From assembly GCF_056712565.1 (NCBI RefSeq), contig NZ_CM160072.1: DNA of 64,000 nucleotides. One strand, 5' to 3'. Shown here piece by piece: positions 27,751-41,535 of this stretch. The notes under the pieces were generated by a model. It was not told the origin of the DNA. It did not search any database and saw nothing but the letters and a program-made list of their open reading frames with translations. The translations under genes and the position numbers were made by a program. Every line of letters starts with the position of its first letter. Within the stretch, counting starts at the first letter, position 1.

Positions 27751-28797
27751 ATGACACAACCAATGCCTGGGAAACCGGCCGAAGACGCTGAAAATGAACT
27801 GGATATTCGTGGGTTGTTTCGTACCTTGTGGGCTGGGAAGCTGTGGATTATTGGCATGGGGCTGGCGTTTGCGTTAATCGCGCTGGCGTATACTTTTTTT
27901 GCTCGCCAGGAGTGGAGCTCGACAGCGATTACCGATCGTCCAACGGTGAATATGCTGGGGGGATATTACTCACAGCAGCAATTTTTGCGTAACCTGGATG
28001 TCCGTTCAAACATGGCTTCTGCCGACCAACCATCGGTCATGGACGAAGCCTATAAAGAGTTTGTTATGCAACTGGCCTCGTGGGATACCCGCAGAGAGTT
28101 CTGGCTGCAAACCGACTATTACAAACAGCGGATGGTGGGCAATAGCAAAGCCGATGCGGCGTTGCTGGATGAAATGATTAACAACATCGTGTTTATTCCC
28201 GGTGACTTTACCCGCGCGGTCAATGACAGCGTGAAGCTTATTGCCGAAACCGCGCCTGACGCTAATAACCTGTTACGTCAGTATGTTGCTTTTGCCAGCC
28301 AGCGTGCAGCCAGCCATCTGAATGATGAGCTGAAAGGCGCATGGGCGGCACGCACCATCCAGATGAAAGCTCAGGTGAAGCGTCAGGAAGAGGTGGCGAA
28401 AGCCATCTACGATCGCCGGATGAACAGTATTGAACAGGCGCTGAAAATTGCTGAGCAGCATAATATTTCGCGCAGTGCGACAGATGTGCCTGCCGAGGAA
28501 TTACCTGATTCAGAAATGTTCCTGCTTGGGCGTCCAATGCTCCAGGCTCGACTGGAAAATTTACAGGCCGTCGGTCCGGCCTTTGATCTCGACTATGATC
28601 AAAATCGGGCCATGTTAAACACCCTGAATGTTGGTCCAACCCTGGATCCGCGTTTTCAGACCTATCGCTATTTGCGTACGCCGGAAGAACCGGTAAAACG
28701 CGATAGCCCACGTCGTGCCTTCCTGATGATTATGTGGGGCATTGTCGGGGGGCTGATCGGGGCTGGTGTCGCATTAACCCGCCGTTGCTCGAAATAG
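27751..28797 (+). CDS. wzzE: ECA polysaccharide chain-length modulator
   Basis: Track ORF 27748..28797; TM segments at both ends with periplasmic coiled-coil middle. Confidence 0.9.
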   Translation: MTQPMPGKPAEDAENELDIRGLFRTLWAGKLWIIGMGLAFALIALAYTFFARQEWSSTAITDRPTVNMLGGYYSQQQFLRNLDVRSNMASADQPSVMDEAYKEFVMQLASWDTRREFWLQTDYYKQRMVGNSKADAALLDEMINNIVFIPGDFTRAVNDSVKLIAETAPDANNLLRQYVAFASQRAASHLNDELKGAWAARTIQMKAQVKRQEEVAKAIYDRRMNSIEQALKIAEQHNISRSATDVPAEELPDSEMFLLGRPMLQARLENLQAVGPAFDLDYDQNRAMLNTLNVGPTLDPRFQTYRYLRTPEEPVKRDSPRRAFLMIMWGIVGGLIGAGVALTRRCSK

Positions 28798-28852
28798 CAA
28801 CACTGCTGCGGTGAGCGCAAAGGCGCTCGCCGCTTATTCGAAGAGAATCGAT

Positions 28853-29983
28853 GTGAAAGTACTGACTGTATTTGGTACGCGCCCGGAAGCCATCAAGATG
28901 GCACCGTTGGTGCATGCGTTGGCAAAAGATCCTTTTTTTGAGGCTAAAGTTTGCGTCACTGCGCAGCATCGGGAGATGCTCGATCAGGTGCTGAAACTCT
29001 TTTCCATTGTACCTGACTACGATCTCAACATAATGCAGCCAGGACAGGGCCTTACAGAGATAACCTGTCGGATTCTGGAAGGGCTAAAACCTATTCTTGC
29101 CGAGTTCAAACCAGACGTCGTGCTGGTTCACGGCGATACTACTACAACGCTGGCAACCAGCCTGGCGGCGTTTTATCAGCGTATTCCAGTTGGTCACGTT
29201 GAGGCAGGTCTGCGCACGGGCGATCTCTATTCGCCGTGGCCGGAAGAGGCTAACCGTACATTGACCGGGCATCTGGCGATGTATCACTTCTCTCCAACCG
29301 AAACTTCCCGGCAAAACTTGCTGCGTGAAAACGTTGCTGACAGCCGAATCTTCATTACCGGTAATACTGTCATCGATGCACTGTTATGGGTGCGTGACCA
29401 GGTGATGAGCAGCGATACGCTGCGTTCAGAACTGGCGGCAAATTACCCGTTTATCGACCCCGATAAAAAGATGATTCTGGTGACCGGTCACAGGCGTGAG
29501 AGCTTCGGTCGTGGCTTTGAAGAAATCTGCCAGGCGCTGGCAGACATCGCCACCACGCACCAGGACATCCAGATTGTCTATCCGGTGCATCTCAACCCGA
29601 ACGTCAGAGAGCCGGTCAATCGCATTCTGGGGCATGTGAAAAATGTCATTCTGATCGATCCCCAGGAGTATTTACCGTTTGTCTGGCTGATGAACCACGC
29701 TTGGCTGATTTTGACCGACTCAGGCGGCATTCAGGAAGAAGCGCCTTCGCTGGGGAAACCGGTGCTGGTGATGCGCGATACCACTGAGCGTCCGGAAGCG
29801 GTGACAGCGGGGACGGTGCGTCTGGTCGGCACGGATAAGCAGCGAATTGTCGAGGAAGTGACGCGTCTTTTAAAAGACGAAAACGAATATCAAGCTATGA
29901 GCCGCGCCCATAACCCGTATGGTGATGGTCAGGCATGCTCTCGCATTCTGGAAGCGTTAAAAAATAATCGGATATCACTATGA
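28853..29983 (+). CDS. wecB: UDP-N-acetylglucosamine 2-epimerase
   Basis: Track ORF 28811..29983; known start (GTG) at [20 protein letters not shown] (376 aa). Confidence 0.93.
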   Translation: MKVLTVFGTRPEAIKMAPLVHALAKDPFFEAKVCVTAQHREMLDQVLKLFSIVPDYDLNIMQPGQGLTEITCRILEGLKPILAEFKPDVVLVHGDTTTTLATSLAAFYQRIPVGHVEAGLRTGDLYSPWPEEANRTLTGHLAMYHFSPTETSRQNLLRENVADSRIFITGNTVIDALLWVRDQVMSSDTLRSELAANYPFIDPDKKMILVTGHRRESFGRGFEEICQALADIATTHQDIQIVYPVHLNPNVREPVNRILGHVKNVILIDPQEYLPFVWLMNHAWLILTDSGGIQEEAPSLGKPVLVMRDTTERPEAVTAGTVRLVGTDKQRIVEEVTRLLKDENEYQAMSRAHNPYGDGQACSRILEALKNNRISL

Positions 29984-31242
29984 GTTTTGCGACCATTTCT
30001 GTTATCGGACTGGGTTACATCGGGCTGCCTACAGCAGCTGCGTTTGCCTCAAGGCAAAAACAGGTGATTGGTGTCGATATCAACCAACACGCGGTTGATA
30101 CCATCAATCGTGGCGAAATCCATATCGTCGAGCCTGATTTGGCGAGCGTAGTAAAAACTGCCGTAGAAGGCGGTTTTTTACGAGCGAGCACGACGCCAGT
30201 TGAAGCGGATGCCTGGTTGATTGCTGTACCCACGCCGTTTAAAGGCGATCATGAGCCAGATATGACCTACGTTGAATCGGCTGCTCGCTCCATCGCGCCA
30301 GTGCTGAAAAAAGGCGCGTTGGTGATCCTTGAATCCACCTCGCCGGTGGGGTCAACCGAGAAGATGGCAGAATGGTTAGCAGAGATGCGTCCAGATCTCA
30401 CTTTCCCACAGCAGGTGGGCGAGTTGGCGGACGTCAACATTGCTTACTGCCCGGAACGCGTATTACCGGGCCAGGTTATGGTCGAGCTGATTAAAAACGA
30501 TCGCGTGATTGGTGGTATGACGCCGGTTTGTTCGGCCCGCGCCAGCGAACTGTACAAAATTTTCCTCGAAGGTGAGTGTGTCGTCACTAACTCGCGGACG
30601 GCAGAAATGTGTAAGCTCACCGAAAACAGCTTCCGCGATGTGAATATCGCTTTTGCTAATGAATTGTCGCTGATTTGTGCCGATCAGGGGATTAACGTCT
30701 GGGAACTGATTCGCCTGGCGAATCGTCACCCTCGCGTCAATATTCTTCAGCCAGGCCCTGGCGTGGGCGGTCACTGCATCGCTGTTGATCCGTGGTTTAT
30801 CGTGGCACAGAACCCCCAGCAGGCGCGGCTTATCCGTACCGCGCGCGAAGTGAACGATCACAAACCGTTCTGGGTTATCGATCAGGTGAAAGCGGCGGTG
30901 GCTGATTGTCTGGCTGCTACCGATAAACGCGTCAGTGAACTGAAAATCGCCTGCTTTGGTCTGGCGTTTAAACCGAATATTGATGACCTGCGCGAAAGTC
31001 CGGCAATGGAAATCGCTGAACTGATCGCCCAGTGGCACAGCGGCGAAACGCTGGTTGTTGAGCCTAACATCCACGAGTTGCCGAAGAAACTGACCGGGCT
31101 TTGTACTCTGGCGCAGCTTGACGAGGCGCTGGCAACGGCAGATGTGCTGGTGATGCTGGTCGATCATAGTCAGTTCAAAGTTATCAATGGCGACAACGTC
31201 CATCAGCAGTATGTCGTCGATGCCAAAGGAGTCTGGCGCTGA
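29980..31242 (+). CDS. wecC: UDP-N-acetyl-D-mannosamine dehydrogenase
   Basis: 420-aa ORF; N-terminal Rossmann [14 protein letters not shown]; 4-bp overlap with wecB. Confidence 0.93.
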   Translation: MSFATISVIGLGYIGLPTAAAFASRQKQVIGVDINQHAVDTINRGEIHIVEPDLASVVKTAVEGGFLRASTTPVEADAWLIAVPTPFKGDHEPDMTYVESAARSIAPVLKKGALVILESTSPVGSTEKMAEWLAEMRPDLTFPQQVGELADVNIAYCPERVLPGQVMVELIKNDRVIGGMTPVCSARASELYKIFLEGECVVTNSRTAEMCKLTENSFRDVNIAFANELSLICADQGINVWELIRLANRHPRVNILQPGPGVGGHCIAVDPWFIVAQNPQQARLIRTAREVNDHKPFWVIDQVKAAVADCLAATDKRVSELKIACFGLAFKPNIDDLRESPAMEIAELIAQWHSGETLVVEPNIHELPKKLTGLCTLAQLDEALATADVLVMLVDHSQFKVINGDNVHQQYVVDAKGVWR

Positions 31243-32309
31243 TGAGAAAGATTCTGATAACAGGTGGTGCCGGGTTTATTGGCTCGGCGCTGGTGCGTTA
31301 TATCATCAACGAAACGAGCGACGCGGTGGTGGTGGTCGATAAGCTGACCTACGCCGGAAACCTGATGTCGCTGGCACCGGTCGCGCAAAGCGAGCGCTTT
31401 GCCTTTGAGAAAGTTGATATCTGCGATCGGGCAGAACTGGCGCGCGTATTCACTGAGTATCAGCCAGACTGTGTCATGCATCTGGCAGCCGAAAGCCATG
31501 TTGACCGTTCTATTGACGGCCCGGCAGCGTTTATTGAAACCAACATTGTCGGGACTTATACACTGCTTGAAGCGGCGCGGGCTTACTGGACTGCGCTGAC
31601 GGAAGATAAAAAATCAGCGTTCCGTTTTCATCATATCTCCACCGACGAAGTATATGGTGACCTGCACTCGACGGATGATTTCTTCACCGAAACCACGCCG
31701 TATGCGCCGAGTAGCCCTTATTCCGCGTCAAAAGCCAGCAGCGACCATCTGGTGCGCGCCTGGCTGCGGACCTATGGTCTGCCGACGCTTATCACCAACT
31801 GCTCGAATAACTACGGTCCTTACCACTTTCCGGAAAAACTGATCCCGCTGATGATCCTCAACGCGCTGGCGGGTAAACCGCTGCCGGTATATGGCAACGG
31901 GCAGCAAATCCGTGACTGGCTGTATGTTGAAGATCACGCCCGCGCGCTGTATTGCGCGGCGACCACCGGGAAAGTCGGTGAAACCTATAATATTGGTGGT
32001 CACAACGAGCGTAAGAATCTCGATGTTGTGGAAACCATTTGCGAGCTGCTGGAAGAACTGGCTCCGAATAAGCCGCACGGCGTGGCGCACTATCGTGACC
32101 TGATCACCTTTGTCGCTGACCGTCCGGGGCATGATCTGCGTTATGCCATTGATGCTTCGAAAATTGCCCGTGAACTTGGCTGGCTGCCGCAGGAAACCTT
32201 TGAAAGTGGAATGCGTAAAACGGTGCAGTGGTATCTGGCTAATGAAAGCTGGTGGAAGCAGGTGCAGGACGGCAGCTATCAGGGCGAGCGTTTAGGTCTG
32301 AAAGGCTAA
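31242..32309 (+). CDS. rffG: dTDP-glucose 4,6-dehydratase (ECA-cluster paralogue)
   Basis: 355-aa ORF; SDR motif TGGAGFIGS and YxxxK. Confidence 0.93.
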   Translation: MRKILITGGAGFIGSALVRYIINETSDAVVVVDKLTYAGNLMSLAPVAQSERFAFEKVDICDRAELARVFTEYQPDCVMHLAAESHVDRSIDGPAAFIETNIVGTYTLLEAARAYWTALTEDKKSAFRFHHISTDEVYGDLHSTDDFFTETTPYAPSSPYSASKASSDHLVRAWLRTYGLPTLITNCSNNYGPYHFPEKLIPLMILNALAGKPLPVYGNGQQIRDWLYVEDHARALYCAATTGKVGETYNIGGHNERKNLDVVETICELLEELAPNKPHGVAHYRDLITFVADRPGHDLRYAIDASKIARELGWLPQETFESGMRKTVQWYLANESWWKQVQDGSYQGERLGLKG

Positions 32310-32327
32310 TTTTCAGCGGAGGCAAAC

Positions 32328-33209
32328 ATGAAAGGTATTATCTTGGCGGGCGGTTCCGGCACCCGATTGCATCCGATTACGCGCGGCGTATCGAAGCAAC
32401 TGTTGCCGATTTACGATAAGCCAATGATTTACTATCCGCTGTCGGTGCTGATGCTAGCCGGTATCCGCGAAATTCTCATCATTACTACGCCGGAAGATAA
32501 AGGTTATTTCCAGCGCCTGCTGGGTGACGGCAGTGAGTTCGGTATCCAGCTGGAATACGCCGAACAGCCCAGTCCGGACGGTCTGGCGCAGGCCTTTATC
32601 ATCGGTGAAACCTTCCTCAACGGTGAACCTTCTTGTCTGGTGCTGGGCGATAACATCTTCTTCGGACAGGGCTTCAGTCCGAAGCTGCGTCATGTTGCGG
32701 CGCGCACGGAAGGGGCGACGGTATTTGGCTATCAGGTGATGGACCCGGAACGCTTTGGCGTGGTGGAGTTTGACGACAATTTCCGCGCTATCTCGCTGGA
32801 AGAAAAACCAAAACAGCCGAAATCAAACTGGGCGGTGACCGGGCTTTATTTCTACGACAGTAAAGTCGTGGAGTACGCAAAGCAGGTGAAGCCGTCGGAG
32901 CGTGGTGAACTGGAGATTACCTCCATCAACCAGATGTACCTCGAGGCGGGCAACCTGACCGTTGAACTGCTCGGGCGCGGATTTGCCTGGCTGGATACCG
33001 GCACTCACGACAGCCTGATTGAGGCCAGCACTTTTGTGCAGACAGTAGAAAAACGCCAGGGCTTTAAGATTGCCTGCCTGGAAGAGATTGCCTGGCGTAA
33101 CGGCTGGCTCGATGACGAGGGTGTGAAGCGTGCTGCCAGTTCATTAGCGAAAACTGGCTACGGCCAATATCTGCTGGAGTTACTTCGTGCCCGTCCGCGC
33201 CAGTATTGA
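32328..33209 (+). CDS. rffH: glucose-1-phosphate thymidylyltransferase (ECA-cluster paralogue)
   Basis: 293-aa [21 protein letters not shown] nucleotidyltransferase motif. Confidence 0.93.
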   Translation: MKGIILAGGSGTRLHPITRGVSKQLLPIYDKPMIYYPLSVLMLAGIREILIITTPEDKGYFQRLLGDGSEFGIQLEYAEQPSPDGLAQAFIIGETFLNGEPSCLVLGDNIFFGQGFSPKLRHVAARTEGATVFGYQVMDPERFGVVEFDDNFRAISLEEKPKQPKSNWAVTGLYFYDSKVVEYAKQVKPSERGELEITSINQMYLEAGNLTVELLGRGFAWLDTGTHDSLIEASTFVQTVEKRQGFKIACLEEIAWRNGWLDDEGVKRAASSLAKTGYGQYLLELLRARPRQY

Positions 33210-33861
33210 GCCACTAACCTGGGAAAACGCCTTCTTTGGTGTTAACAGCGCCATCGTGCGCATTACGTCTGAAGCACCGCTCCTGACGCCAGACGCGTTA
33301 GCGCCGTGGTCACGGGTGCAGGCCAAAATTGCGGCATCAAATACGGGTGAACTGGATGCTCTGCAACAGCTGGGATTCTCCCTGGTAGAAGGTGAAGTTG
33401 ATTTGGCACTACCCGTGAACAATGTCAGTGATAGCGGTGCAGTAGTGGCACAAGAGACCGATATTCCCGCATTACGTCAGTTAGCCAGCGCCGCATTTGC
33501 GCAAAGCCGTTTTCGTGCGCCGTGGTATGCGCCTGACGCCAGCGGTCGCTTTTATGCACAGTGGATTGAAAATGCCGTGCGCGGCACCTTTGATCATCAA
33601 TGTCTGATTTTACGTGCGGCGTCCGGCGATATTCGCGGTTATGTCTCTTTACGGGAACTCAATGCGACAGATGCGCGAATTGGCCTGCTGGCTGGACGCG
33701 GTGCAGGTGCTGAGCTAATGCAAACGGCGCTAAACTGGGCGTATGCTCGCGGTAAAACAACTTTGCGGGTGGCGACCCAGATGGGCAACACCGCCGCGCT
33801 TAAACGATACATACAAAGTGGTGCGAATGTAGAAAGCACCGCGTACTGGTTATACAGGTGA
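33187..33861 (+). CDS. wecD: dTDP-fucosamine acetyltransferase (GNAT)
   Basis: 224-aa ORF overlapping rffH 3' end; true start may be internal. Confidence 0.85.
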   Translation: MPVRASIEPLTWENAFFGVNSAIVRITSEAPLLTPDALAPWSRVQAKIAASNTGELDALQQLGFSLVEGEVDLALPVNNVSDSGAVVAQETDIPALRQLASAAFAQSRFRAPWYAPDASGRFYAQWIENAVRGTFDHQCLILRAASGDIRGYVSLRELNATDARIGLLAGRGAGAELMQTALNWAYARGKTTLRVATQMGNTAALKRYIQSGANVESTAYWLYR

Positions 33862-33865
33862 TCAC

Positions 33866-34996
33866 ATGATTCCATTTAACGCACCGCCGGTGGTGGGAAC
33901 CGAACTCGACTATATGCAGTCGGCAATGGGTAGCGGCAAACTGTGCGGCGATGGTGGTTTTACCCGTCGCTGCCAGCAGTGGCTGGAGCAACGTTTTGGC
34001 AGCGCCAAAGTGTTACTGACGCCATCCTGTACCGCTTCGCTGGAGATGGCGGCGCTGCTGCTCGATATCCAGCCTGGCGATGAAGTGATCATGCCGAGCT
34101 ATACCTTTGTCTCCACCGCCAATGCCTTTGTGCTGCGTGGCGCGAAAATCGTCTTTGTGGATGTTCGCCCGGACACCATGAACATCGACGAAACGCTGAT
34201 TGAAGCGGCGATCACCGACAAAACGCGCGTTATCGTGCCGGTCCATTACGCGGGTGTGGCCTGCGAAATGGACACCATTATGGCGTTGGCGAAGAAGCAT
34301 AATCTGTTTGTGGTGGAAGATGCCGCTCAGGGCGTGATGTCCACTTACAAAGGGCGTGCGCTGGGAACCATTGGTCATATTGGCTGCTTTAGCTTCCATG
34401 AAACCAAAAACTACACGGCGGGTGGTGAAGGCGGCGCGACGCTGATTAACGATAAAGCGTTGATCGAACGAGCCGAGATCATCCGTGAAAAAGGCACAAA
34501 CCGCAGCCAGTTCTTCCGTGGTCAGGTCGATAAATATACCTGGCGCGATATTGGCTCCAGCTATTTGATGTCCGATCTGCAAGCTGCGTACCTGTGGGCG
34601 CAACTGGAAGCTGCGGATCGTATCAACCAGCAACGTCTGGCGCTGTGGCAAAACTACTACGATGCGCTGGCGCCTCTGGCAAAAAATGGGCGTATCGAGC
34701 TGCCGTCGATTCCCGATGGCTGCGTGCAGAACGCGCATATGTTCTACATTAAACTGCGGGATATTGATGACCGGAGCGCATTGATTAACTTTCTGAAAGA
34801 AGCGGAAATCATGGCGGTGTTCCATTACATTCCGCTGCACGGTTGCCCTGCGGGGGAACGCTTTGGTGAGTTCCACGGTGAAGATCGCTACACCACCAAA
34901 GAGAGCGAGCGCCTGCTGCGCCTGCCGTTGTTCTACAACCTGTCGCCCGTCAATCAGCGTACGGTAATTGCGACCTTGTTGAACTACTTCTCCTGA
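33866..34996 (+). CDS. wecE: dTDP-4-amino-4,6-dideoxygalactose transaminase (DegT/DnrJ family, PLP)
   Basis: 376-aa ORF; aminotransferase fold signatures. Confidence 0.93.
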   Translation: MIPFNAPPVVGTELDYMQSAMGSGKLCGDGGFTRRCQQWLEQRFGSAKVLLTPSCTASLEMAALLLDIQPGDEVIMPSYTFVSTANAFVLRGAKIVFVDVRPDTMNIDETLIEAAITDKTRVIVPVHYAGVACEMDTIMALAKKHNLFVVEDAAQGVMSTYKGRALGTIGHIGCFSFHETKNYTAGGEGGATLINDKALIERAEIIREKGTNRSQFFRGQVDKYTWRDIGSSYLMSDLQAAYLWAQLEAADRINQQRLALWQNYYDALAPLAKNGRIELPSIPDGCVQNAHMFYIKLRDIDDRSALINFLKEAEIMAVFHYIPLHGCPAGERFGEFHGEDRYTTKESERLLRLPLFYNLSPVNQRTVIATLLNYFS

Positions 34997-34997
34997 T

Positions 34998-36248
34998 ATG
35001 TCGTTGGCAAAAGCGTCCTTGTGGACGGCGGCCAGTACACTGGTCAAGATTGGTGCCGGGTTACTGGTCGGTAAGTTGCTGGCAGTGTCATTTGGTCCGG
35101 CGGGGCTTGGGCTGGCGGCAAATTTCCGCCAGTTGATTACCGTGCTCGGCGTGCTTGCCGGGGCAGGCATCTTTAACGGCGTAACCAAATACGTTGCCCA
35201 GTATCATGATAATCCCCAACAGCTGCGCCGCGTGGTCGGCACTTCATCAGCGATGGTACTTGGCTTCTCTACGCTAATGGCGCTGGTTTTTGTGCTGGCA
35301 GCTGCGCTAATCAGCCAGGGGTTGTTTGGTAATACCGACTATCAGGGGCTGGTGCGTTTAGTGGCGCTGGTGCAAATGGGGATTGCCTGGGGCAACCTGT
35401 TACTGGCGTTGATGAAAGGCTTTCGCGATGCCGCAGGTAATGCGTTATCTCTGATTGTCGGTAGCTTGATTGGCGTTCTCGCGTACTACGTCAGTTATCG
35501 TTTGGGCGGTTATGAAGGGGCGTTGCTGGGTCTGGCGCTGATTCCCGCGCTGGTGGTAATTCCTGCTGTTATCATGTTGATCAAACGTGGTGTCATCCCG
35601 TTAAGCTATCTGAAACCCAGCTGGGATAACGGTCTGGCAGGGCAGTTGAGCAAATTTACGCTCATGGCGTTGATTACGTCGGTGACCTTGCCTGTTGCTT
35701 ACATCATGATGCGTAAACTGCTGGCGGCGCAGTATAGCTGGGATGAAGTGGGGATCTGGCAAGGGGTGAGCAGTATTTCCGATGCCTACCTGCAATTTAT
35801 TACGGCATCGTTCAGCGTATATTTGCTGCCCACGTTGTCGCGGTTAACGGAAAAGCGCGATATCACCCGGGAAGTGGTTAAATCGCTGAAATTCGTCTTA
35901 CCGGCAGTGGCGGCGGCGAGTTTTACCGTCTGGTTGCTGCGTGATTTTGCTATCTGGCTGCTGTTGTCGAATAAATTTACCGCTATGCGCGATCTCTTTG
36001 CCTGGCAGTTGGTGGGTGATGTGTTAAAAGTGGGCGCTTATGTCTTTGGTTATCTGGTGATCGCCAAAGCGTCACTGCGGTTTTATATTCTGGCGGAAAT
36101 CAGCCAGTTCACTTTATTGATGGTATTTGCCCACTGGCTAATCCCTGCGCATGGCGCACTGGGCGCAGCACAGGCCTATATGGCAACCTATATCGTCTAT
36201 TTTTCTCTTTGTTGTGGCGTGTTTTTACTCTGGCGTAGGTGGGCATGA
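34998..36248 (+). CDS. wzxE: ECA lipid III flippase (Wzx family)
   Basis: 416-aa polytopic membrane ORF. Confidence 0.9.
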   Translation: MSLAKASLWTAASTLVKIGAGLLVGKLLAVSFGPAGLGLAANFRQLITVLGVLAGAGIFNGVTKYVAQYHDNPQQLRRVVGTSSAMVLGFSTLMALVFVLAAALISQGLFGNTDYQGLVRLVALVQMGIAWGNLLLALMKGFRDAAGNALSLIVGSLIGVLAYYVSYRLGGYEGALLGLALIPALVVIPAVIMLIKRGVIPLSYLKPSWDNGLAGQLSKFTLMALITSVTLPVAYIMMRKLLAAQYSWDEVGIWQGVSSISDAYLQFITASFSVYLLPTLSRLTEKRDITREVVKSLKFVLPAVAAASFTVWLLRDFAIWLLLSNKFTAMRDLFAWQLVGDVLKVGAYVFGYLVIAKASLRFYILAEISQFTLLMVFAHWLIPAHGALGAAQAYMATYIVYFSLCCGVFLLWRRWA

Positions 36249-37324
36249 CTGTACTGATTCACGTACTGGGATCGGATATCCCTCACCATAACCGAACCGT
36301 TCTGCGGTTTTTCAACGACGCGCTGGCCGCGACGAGCGGGCACGCGCGCGAGTTTATGGTTGCTGGCAAGGACGACGGCTTAAGTGATAGCTGTCCGGCG
36401 CTTTCTGTGCAATTTTTCCCTGGGAAAAAATCGCTGGCGGAAGCGGTCATCGCGAAAGCAAAAGCTAACCGTCAGCAGCGATTTTTTTTCCACGGTCAGT
36501 TCAATCCCAAACTGTGGCTGGCTCTGCTGAGTGGTGGCATTAAGCCCAGCCAGTTTTTCTGGCATATCTGGGGAGCAGACCTGTATGAGCTTTCCAGTGG
36601 CTTGAGATATAAGCTTTTTTACCCGCTACGTCGCCTGGCGCAAAAGAGAGTCGGCTGTGTATTTGCCACCCGCGGTGATTTGAGCTTTTTTGCCAAAACG
36701 CATCCAAAGGTGCGGGGAGAACTGCTGTACTTCCCGACGCGGATGGACCCTTCTCTTAATACGATGGCGAACGATCGGCAACGTGAAGGAAAAATGACCA
36801 TTCTGGTGGGGAACTCCGGTGACCGCAGCAATGAGCATATTGCTGCCTTGCGCGCCGTTCATCAGCAATTTGGCGATACGGTAAAAGTGGTGGTGCCGAT
36901 GGGATATCCGCCTAATAACGAAGCGTACATCGAGGAAGTTCGTCAGGCGGGACTGGAGTTATTCAGCGAAGAAAACCTACAAGTTCTGAGCGAAAAACTG
37001 GAATTTGACGCCTATCTGACGCTACTTCGCCAGTGCGATCTCGGTTACTTTATTTTTGCCCGCCAGCAGGGCATTGGTACGCTTTGCTTACTGATTCAGG
37101 CGGGCATTCCTTGCGTGCTTAACCGGGAAAATCCGTTCTGGCAGGATATGACGGAACAGCATTTGCCAGTACTGTTTACTACCGATGATCTCAACGAGGA
37201 TATTGTGCGTGAAGCGCAGCGCCAGTTGGCGTCGGTGGATAAAAACACCATTGCCTTCTTTAGCCCTAACTATCTACAAGGCTGGCAGCGGGCGTTGGCG
37301 ATTGCCGCCGGGGAGGTCGCATGA
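36245..37324 (+). CDS. wecF: TDP-Fuc4NAc:lipid II Fuc4NAc transferase
   Basis: Track ORF 36239..37324; [25 protein letters not shown]... Confidence 0.9.
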   Translation: MTVLIHVLGSDIPHHNRTVLRFFNDALAATSGHAREFMVAGKDDGLSDSCPALSVQFFPGKKSLAEAVIAKAKANRQQRFFFHGQFNPKLWLALLSGGIKPSQFFWHIWGADLYELSSGLRYKLFYPLRRLAQKRVGCVFATRGDLSFFAKTHPKVRGELLYFPTRMDPSLNTMANDRQREGKMTILVGNSGDRSNEHIAALRAVHQQFGDTVKVVVPMGYPPNNEAYIEEVRQAGLELFSEENLQVLSEKLEFDAYLTLLRQCDLGYFIFARQQGIGTLCLLIQAGIPCVLNRENPFWQDMTEQHLPVLFTTDDLNEDIVREAQRQLASVDKNTIAFFSPNYLQGWQRALAIAAGEVA

Positions 37325-38673
37325 GTCTGCTGCAATTCAGTGGCCTGTTTGTTGTCTGGCTGCTCTGCACGCTGTTTATTGCCACGCTGACCTGGTTTGA
37401 GTTTCGCCGTGTGCGCTTTAACTTCAATGTCTTCTTTTCATTGCTGTTTTTGCTCACCTTTTTCTTCGGCTTTCCGCTGACCAGCGTGCTGGTATTTCGC
37501 TTTGATGTTGGTGTCGCGCCGCCAGAAATCTTGTTGCAGGCGTTGCTTTCTGCAGGCTGCTTCTACGCGGTTTACTATGTCACCTACAAAACCCGTCTAC
37601 GCAAACGCGTTGCTGATGCACCGCGCCGTCCGCTGTTTACCATGAACCGCGTGGAGACCAATCTCACGTGGGTGATCCTGATGGGCATCGCTCTGGTGAG
37701 CGTCGGCATCTTCTTCATGCACAACGGCTTTTTGCTGTTCCGGCTTAATTCTTACAGTCAGATCTTTTCCAGCGAAGTCTCCGGCGTGGCATTAAAACGC
37801 TTCTTTTACTTTTTCATCCCGGCGATGCTGGTGGTTTATTTTCTGCGCCAGGATAGCAAAGCGTGGCTGTTTTTCCTCGTCAGCACGGTTGCCTTTGGCT
37901 TGTTGACTTACATGATTGTCGGCGGCACTCGCGCCAATATCATCATCGCATTCGCTATCTTCCTGTTTATTGGCATTATTCGCGGCTGGATTTCGTTGTG
38001 GATGCTGGCGGCGGCGGGCGTGCTGGGGATTGTGGGCATGTTCTGGCTGGCGCTAAAACGCTATGGAATGAATGTGAGCGGCGATGAAGCGTTCTATACG
38101 TTTCTCTATCTCACTCGCGACACCTTCTCGCCGTGGGAGAATCTGGCGTTGCTGTTGCAGAACTACGACAACATCGACTTCCAGGGCCTGGCTCCAATTG
38201 TCCGCGATTTCTATGTCTTTATCCCTTCCTGGCTGTGGCCGGGTCGCCCGAGTATGGTGCTGAACTCCGCCAACTACTTTACCTGGGAAGTGCTGAATAA
38301 CCACTCCGGACTGGCGATCTCGCCTACGCTTATAGGCTCACTGGTTGTTATGGGCGGCGCGTTGTTCATCCCGCTCGGGGCGATTGTGGTTGGACTGATT
38401 ATCAAATGGTTCGACTGGCTGTATGAGCTGGGCAACCGCGAGACTAATCGCTATAAGGCTGCGATATTGCACAGTTTCTGCTTCGGGGCGATCTTCAATA
38501 TGATCGTGCTGGCGCGTGAAGGGCTGGATTCGTTTGTCTCACGCGTGGTCTTTTTTATCGTGGTCTTCGGCGCATGTCTGATGATCGCAAAACTGTTGTA
38601 CTGGCTTTTTGAAAGCGCCGGACTCATTCATAAACGAACAAAATCATCGCTCCGGACGCAGGTTGAAGGATAA
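37321..38673 (+). CDS. wzyE: ECA polymerase (Wzy family)
   Basis: 450-aa polytopic membrane ORF; 4-bp overlap with wecF. Confidence 0.9.
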
Positions 38674-38675
38674 CA

Positions 38676-39416
38676 ATGAATAACAACACCACGGCACCGA
38701 CCTATACGCTGCGTGGCTTACAGTTGATTGGTTGGCGTGATATGCAGCACGCCCTCGATTATCTGTTCGCTGACGGGCAGCTTAAGCAGGGAACGCTGGT
38801 TGCCATTAATGCCGAAAAAATGCTGACCATTGAAGATAACGCTGAGGTCAGGGAGTTAATTAACGCTGCCGAATTTAAATATGCGGATGGCATAAGCGTT
38901 GTACGTTCAGTACGTAAAAAGTACCCGCAGGCGCAGGTTTCCCGCGTTGCTGGGGCCGATCTCTGGGAAGAGCTGATGGCGCGCGCAGGCAAAGAAGGGA
39001 CACAGGTATTTCTTGTGGGCGGTAAACCTGAAGTGCTGGCGCAAACTGAAGCTAAACTGCGCAACCAGTGGAATGTGAATATCGTTGGCAGTCAGGATGG
39101 TTATTTTAAACCCGAGCAGCGTCAGGCGCTGTTTGAACGCATTCATGCCAGCGGAGCGCAAATCGTCACCGTTGCGATGGGAGCGCCAAAGCAGGAGATC
39201 TTCATGCGCGACTGCCGTCTGGTGCATCCAGATGCGCTGTATATGGGCGTTGGCGGGACCTACGATGTTTTCACCGGTCACGTAAAACGCGCACCGAAAA
39301 TCTGGCAAACGCTGGGGCTGGAGTGGCTCTACCGCCTGCTTTCGCAGCCGAGCCGCATTAAGCGTCAGCTTCGTTTGCTGCGTTATTTACGCTGGCATTA
39401 CACCGGCAACCTCTGA
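38676..39416 (+). CDS. wecG: UDP-ManNAcA transferase (WecB/TagA/CpsF family)
   Basis: 246-aa ORF; last gene of the ECA cluster. Confidence 0.9.
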
Positions 39417-39424
39417 TTTTCCTC

Positions 39425-39472
39425 TCTTTGTAAAGCGACGGAGTGGTCACTTCGTCGCCTGTCTGCTTTTTT
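39425..39472 (+). terminator. putative intrinsic terminator after wecG
   Basis: Imperfect hairpin gcgacggagtggtcacttcgtcgc followed by T-rich run (ctgcttttttatt). Confidence 0.55.
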
Positions 39473-39606
39473 ATTACACAAAGCATTCAAATTTTTAATG
39501 CTTTATTTGCCATTTCTCCTGAATTACGAAAACATTCGCAACACTCGATGTACCCATAACGATAAACGGTAACACCGGAAAGCATGCAAACACAACACGA
39601 GGATTT

Positions 39607-40992
39607 ATGGCAGATAACAAACCAGAGCTACAGCGTGGGCTGGAAGCTCGACATATCGAACTCATCGCCCTGGGGGGCACCATTGGCGTCGGCCTGTTTA
39701 TGGGGGCCGCCAGTACCCTGAAATGGGCCGGGCCATCCGTATTGTTGGCCTATATCATCGCCGGGCTGTTCGTCTTTTTCATCATGCGTTCAATGGGCGA
39801 AATGTTGTTCCTCGAACCGGTTACCGGTTCGTTCGCCGTTTACGCGCATCGTTATATGAGCCCGTTCTTTGGTTATCTCACCGCCTGGTCTTACTGGTTT
39901 ATGTGGATGGCGGTGGGGATCTCAGAAATCACCGCCATTGGCGTTTATGTCCAGTTCTGGTTCCCGGAGATGGCGCAGTGGATACCCGCATTGATCGCGG
40001 TGGCGCTGGTGGCGTTGGCGAATCTGGCTGCGGTGAGGTTGTACGGCGAAATCGAGTTCTGGTTCGCGATGATCAAAGTCACCACGATTATCGTGATGAT
40101 TGTCATTGGCCTGGGCGTGATTTTCTTTGGCTTTGGCAATGGCGGGCAGTCGATTGGTTTTAGCAATCTCACAGAGCATGGCGGTTTCTTTGCTGGTGGC
40201 TGGAAAGGGTTCCTGACCGCATTGTGTATTGTGGTGGCGTCCTACCAGGGCGTGGAGCTGATTGGCATTACTGCCGGTGAAGCGAAGAATCCGCAGGTGA
40301 CGCTGCGCAGTGCCGTAGGCAAGGTGCTGTGGCGAATCCTGATTTTCTACGTTGGCGCGATTTTCGTTATCGTTACTATCTTCCCGTGGAATGAAATAGG
40401 CAGCAACGGTAGCCCGTTCGTACTGACTTTCGCCAAAATCGGCATTACCGCAGCGGCGGGCATTATCAACTTTGTGGTTCTGACGGCTGCGCTCTCTGGC
40501 TGTAACAGCGGCATGTACAGTTGCGGACGTATGCTCTACGCACTGGCGAAAAACCGTCAGTTACCGGCGGCAATGGCGAAAGTTTCCCGTCACGGCGTAC
40601 CGGTTGCGGGTGTGGCAGTATCTATTGCTATTCTGCTAATTGGCTCATGCCTGAACTACATCATTCCCAATCCGCAGCGTGTGTTTGTTTACGTCTACAG
40701 TGCCAGCGTGCTTCCGGGGATGGTGCCATGGTTTGTGATATTGATAAGCCAGCTGCGTTTTCGTCGTGCGCATAAAGCAGCAATTGCCAGCCATCCGTTC
40801 CGCTCAATCCTGTTCCCTTGGGCCAACTACGTAACAATGGCATTCCTGATTTGCGTTTTGATCGGCATGTACTTTAATGAAGATACGCGTATGTCGCTGT
40901 TTGTCGGCATCATCTTTATGCTGGTGGTGACGGCGATTTATAAAGTTTTTGGGCTTAATCGCCACGGTAAAGCGCATAAACTGGAGGAATAA
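39607..40992 (+). CDS. yifK: APC-family amino acid permease
   Basis: 461-aa ORF with 12 predicted TM segments. Confidence 0.9.
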   Translation: MADNKPELQRGLEARHIELIALGGTIGVGLFMGAASTLKWAGPSVLLAYIIAGLFVFFIMRSMGEMLFLEPVTGSFAVYAHRYMSPFFGYLTAWSYWFMWMAVGISEITAIGVYVQFWFPEMAQWIPALIAVALVALANLAAVRLYGEIEFWFAMIKVTTIIVMIVIGLGVIFFGFGNGGQSIGFSNLTEHGGFFAGGWKGFLTALCIVVASYQGVELIGITAGEAKNPQVTLRSAVGKVLWRILIFYVGAIFVIVTIFPWNEIGSNGSPFVLTFAKIGITAAAGIINFVVLTAALSGCNSGMYSCGRMLYALAKNRQLPAAMAKVSRHGVPVAGVAVSIAILLIGSCLNYIIPNPQRVFVYVYSASVLPGMVPWFVILISQLRFRRAHKAAIASHPFRSILFPWANYVTMAFLICVLIGMYFNEDTRMSLFVGIIFMLVVTAIYKVFGLNRHGKAHKLEE

Positions 40993-41094
40993 GCAGCAAA
41001 ACGCACAAACCGTAACCAAACGCGCAATTTATTTAAAAAGGGACTAGACAGAGGGGTGGGAAGTCCGTATTATCCACCCCCGCAACGGCGCTAA

Positions 41095-41171
<77 letters not shown>

Positions 41172-41228
41172 TTTAGTCCCGGCGCTTGAGCTGCGGTGGT
41201 AGTAATACCGCGTAACAAGATTTGTAGT

Positions 41229-41305
41229 GGTGGCTATAGCTCAGTTGGTAGAGCCCTGGATTGTGATTCCAGTTGTCGTGGGTTCGAATCCCATTAGCCA
41301 CCCCA
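41229..41305 (+). tRNA. hisR: tRNA-His (GUG) with extra 5' G
   Basis: ggtggctatagctcagttggtagagccctggattgtgattccagttgtcgtgggttcgaatcccattagccacccca. Confidence 0.92.
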
Positions 41306-41325
41306 TTATTAGAAGTTGTGACAAT

Positions 41326-41412
41326 GCGAAGGTGGCGGAATTGGTAGACGCGCTAGCTTCAGGTGTTAGTGTCCTTACGGACGTGGGGGTTCAAGTCCCC
41401 CCCCTCGCACCA
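41326..41412 (+). tRNA. leuT: tRNA-Leu (CAG), long variable arm
   Basis: gcgaaggtggcggaattggtagacgcgctagcttcaggtgttagtgtccttacggacgtgggggttcaagtcccccccctcgcacca. Confidence 0.92.
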
Positions 41413-41454
41413 CGACTTTAAAGAATTGAACTAAAAATTCAAAAAGCAGTATTT

Positions 41455-41531
41455 CGGCGAGTAGCGCAGCTTGGTAGCGCAACTGGTTTGGGACCAGTGG
41501 GTCGGAGGTTCGAATCCTCTCTCGCCGACCA
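41455..41531 (+). tRNA. proM: tRNA-Pro (UGG)
   Basis: cggcgagtagcgcagcttggtagcgcaactggtttgggaccagtgggtcggaggttcgaatcctctctcgccgacca. Confidence 0.92.
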
Positions 41532-41535
41532 ATTT